From Phoronis australis (taxonomy: Eukaryota; Animalia; Phoronida), in assembly GCA_002633005.1 (NCBI GenBank), contig NMRA01000119.1:62001-126000 (forward strand): a DNA stretch of 64,000 bases, given 5' to 3'. The position numbers were made by a program, and so were the translations under genes. A model generated the notes under the pieces. It made no database searches and was not told where the DNA came from. It saw nothing but the letters and a program-made list of their open reading frames with translations. This document shows positions 59,021 through 64,000 of this stretch, piece after piece; within the stretch, counting starts at the first letter, position 1, and every line of letters starts with the position of its first letter.

Positions 59021-62000
59021 CTGAAGTAAAGAGAACAGGAGTATGAGCTGAAATGACAAAATTCGCTCGGGATTTTTGTTCAGGGATTCTGGTGATTTCA
59101 AAATGAGATTACAAATCTGTCTGGATACGCCATGAAGCATGATAAAAGAGCTTAAAGGCGAAGGCAACCTTTTTCTATGTCATTTTGAGCTAAAATAAGG
59201 TTGGTTGGTTATCCTTGACATATTTTCCACTTAATTACAGCTTTTCGTAATTTCATAAATTACTCGTCCGCTACTCCGGAAGTGACGTTTTAGGAGGCAA
59301 GCGTTTCCCACCACTTTGTTTTGCGTTGACTTTACCGTGCGAATCTGTTTTATTCTACTTTTGTTTTGTGCTGTTTTTCAACAATTGTCGCCACCACTTT
59401 CCATCGGAGAGTATTCTGCGACAAGATAGGTTAGTAGAGAACTCAACTACGTTAGATTTAGGGATTCTTTAGTGTGTTGTAAGCTGAAAATGGCTGGAGT
59501 CGGTGACCCGTATCACAGTGACAGTAGTGTGATTGACGGAGACCTTGTTCACAGCTGTGGTGACGAGGATTTTTTTCACGGACATACAGTGGGTGGGTAC
59601 ACGTTTGAGCCCGAGTATAACGAGGCAGAGTACGCACAGGCACAGGCAGCTGTTGAGAGAAACGAGGCGGCTACTGAGGACAGACGTGGTGACACATCTT
59701 GGTGCAAATGCACTGTGTGCGTTGTTATACCTACCTCAATGGAATGCTTGTGCTGTTCAGAGTTAGACGAGGCCAAGCCACTACTGGACGCGGTTAAGTG
59801 GACCTCCGGCATACCACGGACAGAGGAACAACTGTCCCACTTGCCAGAGTGTCCCGCGACACACTCCCACTGGATGGTGACCTGAGCACCCAAACAGCTT
59901 ACACCGTGTCGTGTGACTCCCTCGCCACACACCTGGCACCTTCTAAATAGCTCCAACACTTTAGACAAGTCCACAATAAACTTATCAAAGTTTGGCTCAC
60001 CGATCTGTTCACTGGACGACGAACTGTCCTCTTCACTGGGTGTCGAACTGAGCCTGTAATCACTTCCACTACTCAATATCGCTGCAAGGCTGCTTAGAGG
60101 CTCTGGGCTGGAGAAAACAACACAGGGCAAATCACTACTGGTTCCAGGAATTGCACGCTCTGGGGTACGTTCGGAGGCACGGGTGACAGTAGATGAAGTG
60201 CCTCCACTGGCTCCAGTCACTGTACTGGCCACAGCACGCGAGGCTTCTCGCTTCAAAAACGCACTTCTCGGGGGTCGCGACAGGGCACTGCCGGGGATCA
60301 ACACAGACGGAATGGCATCCTTCTTCAGACGTTGTTTCGCAGGGACCTTCATCAGTTCAGCGTACAAATCCCTGTCGTAATCGGACGCAGAAAGTGCTTG
60401 CCACACACACGGTAATTCTCCACTGCTTTGTACGTTGCGTGGACGGGTAATGCTGCGTTCTTCACACGAACGAGCCAAGTACGGAGAAGTGTGTCATCCA
60501 TCGGAAAGCGATGCAAAGGTACTCCCAAAGCGCGCGTGAGCCGATAATTAGTACATCCTGGTACGCAACAACAGTGTGGCATGTTGACTGACTAGTAAAT
60601 GAAAGCAAACGACGACGGAACTTAACACAACCGAGGTAGAACAATGATGACTCGGCAGCTCTCACAGTCAGACTATATGAAAAGAAATTGGCGCGAAATG
60701 CTTGCCTCCTAAAACGTCACTTCCGGAGTAGCGGACGAGTAATTAATAAAATTACGAAAAGCTGTAATTAAGTGGAAAATATGTCTAGGATAACCAACCG
60801 AACTTATTTTAGCTCAAAATGACATGGAAAAAGGTTGCCTTCGCCTTTAATTCCTCAACCCGGCCTGCAACGTACTGTGTGCAGCGCCATCTGTTGAGCT
60901 GGAATGTATCACATGCAGGTATGTCGAAATGTTTTGTTAGCCAATTATGAATTTTTTGGATCGAAAAGTTATTACTTCATATTGGTTATTATATATTCTA
61001 TCATCTTTGGAAAGTTGTTTGTAGTTGTAAGGATGTCGGTGAGAAAATTGTTTTTCTGAGATCACTTCCAGCGCGGAATCGAATTAGCAATCTCAGCGGT
61101 CTCCGAAATGTTCTGCTGGAAGAGCCAAATCGCAGTTCACAAGTAATATAGCATTTTACGCATATTTATCTGGTAAAATCATCGGCCTCAACTTGATCGA
61201 ATGCTTGGCAGACAACTTGCTAGAATTCGTCAATTTTAGTGGATTTAAAATTTGTTGTTTTACAGCACTGGTTAAAGCTAATAGCTTCATGAAATCTATC
61301 CCATCCAACAATAATCCCGAAAACTCGTTTGTTCGCCGAATAAACGACAACGTATTGGCACGTATTACACTGTACTATACTGACTATACTGTACTGTGCA
61401 CAAAGAAACGGCAGTTAAGCATGCGCAAACAGCCTAAGATGTAGGGGGGGGGGCTCGAATTTTTCAACATGCCGACCTTTTATTGAAAGAAATCAACGAG
61501 GAATAACAAAAACAAAAACGCGGCCACTATGTTCAGGCCCACGAATTGTGCATCCGTGCCGACTTCCCATGGATTTTGTGGACTTTTGCCTCCTTTATTT
61601 GGGCTATTTGGGTTTGGTCCATATCTTTTCAAAGAATGGCTAAACAGCTTCTCATTCAAACTTTTAGCATGAGCTTACATATTTTAGAAATACTTACCTT
61701 AAGCCAGTCAAAATGTGATTAAATTTCGAAGACGATTTTTTGTTGTGAAGGTTGATTACCGAAAAACACAAGCAAATATCATGCCTTATGTCCGCAGAAG
61801 TTTGGTGGTCTTTCGAATATAAGCTTACAACATAATATCTAGAAACGTTGCAGTATGATCCCAGGAAAATTAAGATTTATATGAATACGAAACAAAGTCT
61901 TGTCATGTTATTGGTGTTGTTTTATTATGAATATATCTTTCTTTTTGGTAAATTTTACTAAAAGGACATTGTCACGTTACCCCATTAATGGCAAATCAGG

Positions 62001-63142
62001 ATAAAGTCAAAAATCGAACTTTTGGAATTTCTACTTTAAAAATATATACTTTTACTGATACACACACGCGCACACACACACACATACGCACCCTATTTCA
62101 CAAATTGGACATCATGGTCCTTGGTGGGCGGTCTTTTTCCATAGTTGCCGTGTAATTGGCTAAAAGCATAGATCGCACTTCCCCCAATCTTTTAAGGATT
62201 GTCGAGATTAAAGACCATTATTTCGTTTCACTGAAGTGAACTTGAAACATGTTTATAGTATCCGTTAACAGATCAAAGCCTTTTAACGCGACCTCGTTTT
62301 AAATGAAAATTTTGGAAACCTAATTTGAATGTAGTTTTAAGTGTGAAAATCGCACGCAGGTGCTCCTTAAGTTTTGTGACAAGTATCCATGTGAGCACTT
62401 TCCGCAAAACAGTATTAATCACCTAACTCGTACGCTAACATTTGGCCTTTGGTCACCCCAACGCTATAAGTGCGCCTTAGCCGGACTGTGACTAACCTGT
62501 CGTTTCATAAAAGTTAATTAATTCACGTGGCTCATTAACACTGGAGGTGAAGACGTATTCGCCACAGTTTTTCTTAAAATGCACCAATTTTAAAATTCCG
62601 AAGACGGCTAATGTTTACTTTTCAATTTGTCGTGTGTCTTAGTTATTGTACGTTTATGTCTTTGGAACAAGTACGCCGTTGGTTATCTCATCCAATACAC
62701 ATTTGATCAAGCTCATGAATACTGATTAGCTCAACTCGATGTGATGGCCCCGTGAAGTCTTTGGTGTGTCGAGAAATTTGCCTTAGACTGCGTGCATATA
62801 GTGTAATCGTACGAGTTGGTTGACGGTGATAGTATAGGAATGTTTAGCACGACGTCAATATGACGTTTTGGACCCAGTGTGACGTTATGTCTATTCTTAT
62901 TTCCGGGTCCAAATAGCGTCATCTATTGCCATGACACGTCATAGCTAAACATCCGAATAGGACATTCTTACCGAGACAATTTTCCGTTCTACAGCCTTTG
63001 ATATTGTCGCCGTTGCACTGCGACCCATTGTTCTGAGGAGCCGGGTTTGTACATGTTCTGATTTCTTGGGTGGCATTTTCGTCGTTATTGCATGTCACAT
63101 TGCACGCCCCAATGGAAGTCCATTCTGACCAGTTGCCGTGTA
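58533..63142 (-). CDS. 3' part of a gene encoding a thrombospondin type-1 repeat followed by a TLDc domain (5' exons not resolved)
   Basis: TSP1 exon 63142-62972 (phase 1-1) is phase-compatible with the terminal TLDc exon 59020-58533 (G|CA = Ala); AATAAA on the - strand at about 58491-58496. Confidence 0.65.
59490..59790 (+). pseudogene. Truncated KolX-like protein (P2X7 ballast/nanor-like Cys cluster) of the Kolobok element
   Basis: MAGVGDPY...GYTFEPEY...RRGDTSWCKCTVCVVIPTSMECLCCSE matches the YxFEP and WCxCxxC..P...ECxCCxE pattern; truncated after the Cys cluster. Confidence 0.75.
59790..60582 (-). pseudogene. Truncated Kolobok transposase N-terminus (THAP domain plus second Zn-binding motif)
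   Basis: MPHCCCVPGC..LHRFP..W..VCGKHF, then a 1-nt frameshift near 60391, then RLKKDAIPS and KFIVDLSKVLELFRRCQVCG..C..GH..W; the DDE core is absent. Confidence 0.78.
62972..63142 (-). CDS. Exon encoding a thrombospondin type-1 (TSP1) repeat
   Basis: cacag|VHGNWSEWTSIGACNVTC...RTCTNPAPQNNGSQCNG..CRTENCL|gtaaga; symmetric phase-1 exon typical of TSP1 modules. Confidence 0.85.
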
Positions 63143-63610
63143 CTGTGAACAACATCAAATGTAGCGTTATTGCGTTCACCTGCCCAATACTTAGAACACT
63201 TGAAACGGTAACAATTAATGAGTGAGGTAAGTATAATTACAAGGAAACACGATGTTGACAACAGTCAGTCTTTTCCACCCTCACTCTAAGGGTCTTTTTC
63301 ACTACCTGTATATTACCGCGTCAGTTTGACCTGGATCTAAGATGAGGTCATACTCAGCAGAAGTTGCGGGCCTAGACCCCTTTTGGAGGCCTCTGTTGAA
63401 AACAGTTTCTTTGACAGTTCATGAGTTACAGTGTTCCTCTCTGGCTAGGACTTTGGTATTGATGTTGTCAAATATATCCCCAGTTATAAATGTACTGTAA
63501 GTTCACCGTCACCATTACGATTTTTCACTTCACCGTCACCCGTAAGATTTTTCAGTTTAAAGTGTTCCAGTTGATCCAAACCACCAGGTTGCGTTTGGCT
63601 TACCCAATCT

Positions 63611-63915
63611 ACAGGTGTCCTCAGCTTCTGACCGTACCCAATACACTATAGAATACTACAATGTATGACACTCCGGACTAGAAATTCCACGGGTACTTCC
63701 CTTCAGCCGTCCATATCAAACACAAAACTCAATAAATTTACGCAAAACAGGGGTTCAAAAAACCATGAGGGATTGTTCTTTCTCCCAACACCACTTACGG
63801 TGTCCTGCTCTACCGAGTTCGCAACAAATTCGCGGTCAAAGGAAAAAATCTCGCCATATAGTCGATACCTAGGCCTACTGTGTGTTGGGGACGGTCTGAA
63901 GCTGAGGACGCCTGT
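63611..63915. mobile_element. MITE with ~37-bp imperfect TIRs
   Basis: ACAGGTGTCCTCAGCTTCTGACCGTACCCCAATACAC versus GTGTGTTGGGGACGGTCTGAAGCTGAGGACGCCTGT. Confidence 0.65.
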
Positions 63916-64000
63916 GACCTAATGTAACAGTACAAAGGCCTTCCTTGCAAGCTAACTCATACACTACACAGGGTTTGTTGTTCATTAGGAGTAGTATCCT

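Larger units (their letters stand above)
59156..60846. mobile_element. Kolobok DNA transposon (internally deleted) in the intron of the TSP1-TLDc gene
   Basis: TTAA at 59152-59155 and 60847-60850; ~150-bp imperfect TIRs starting AGGCGAAGGCAACC; convergent KolX-like (+) and THAP-transposase (-) ORF fragments. Confidence 0.88.

Noticed and set aside
59576-60478. 300-aa ORF as an intact host THAP gene, or a P2X7 receptor on the opposite strand
   Set aside because: It lies inside TTAA-flanked TIRs, is frameshifted relative to the THAP start, and its C-terminus is antisense KolX; no P2X channel domain is present.
63305-63494. Candidate upstream exon of the TSP1-TLDc gene
   Set aside because: Plausible splice sites exist, but the longest frame has an in-frame TGA and the donor phase does not match the TSP1 exon.

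Overview
AT-rich, intron-containing animal genomic DNA, probably from an invertebrate; the organism cannot be fixed from the sequence. Four host genes can be reconstructed by hand with phase-consistent GT-AG splicing. (1) An Arkadia/RNF111-RNF165-family SUMO-targeted RING-H2 E3 ligase on the - strand, with 13 coding exons from 15817 to 725; its last exon lies left of the window. (2) ALG13, short glycosyltransferase form, on the + strand (4 exons, 18332-26556, 164 aa), head-to-head with Arkadia across a very compact promoter. (3) A 791-aa single-exon ORF (- strand, 30780-33155) with three Brinker/pogo-type HTHs, an AT-hook and a CENP-B/Tc5 HTH but no DDE domain, probably a domesticated pogo-derived transcription factor. 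(4) The 3' end of a - strand gene in which a TSP1 exon appears to splice onto a TLDc exon rich in N-glycosylation sequons, suggesting an unusual secreted TLDc protein. Bases 36-58 kb are dense in transposons: a decayed KIAA1586/ZNF862-like hAT transposase that may sit in a 12-kb TIR-bounded unit, a P52rIPK-like hAT remnant, a Kolobok element, Helentron/DINE-like tandem repeats carrying CTCF-like motifs, tRNA-derived repeats and MITEs. A second, better-preserved Kolobok (TTAA TSD, THAP transposase plus P2X7-ballast-like KolX) lies in the TSP1-TLDc intron, and a decayed L1/Tx1 LINE lies in an Arkadia intron. All family assignments come from motif recognition, not database searches.
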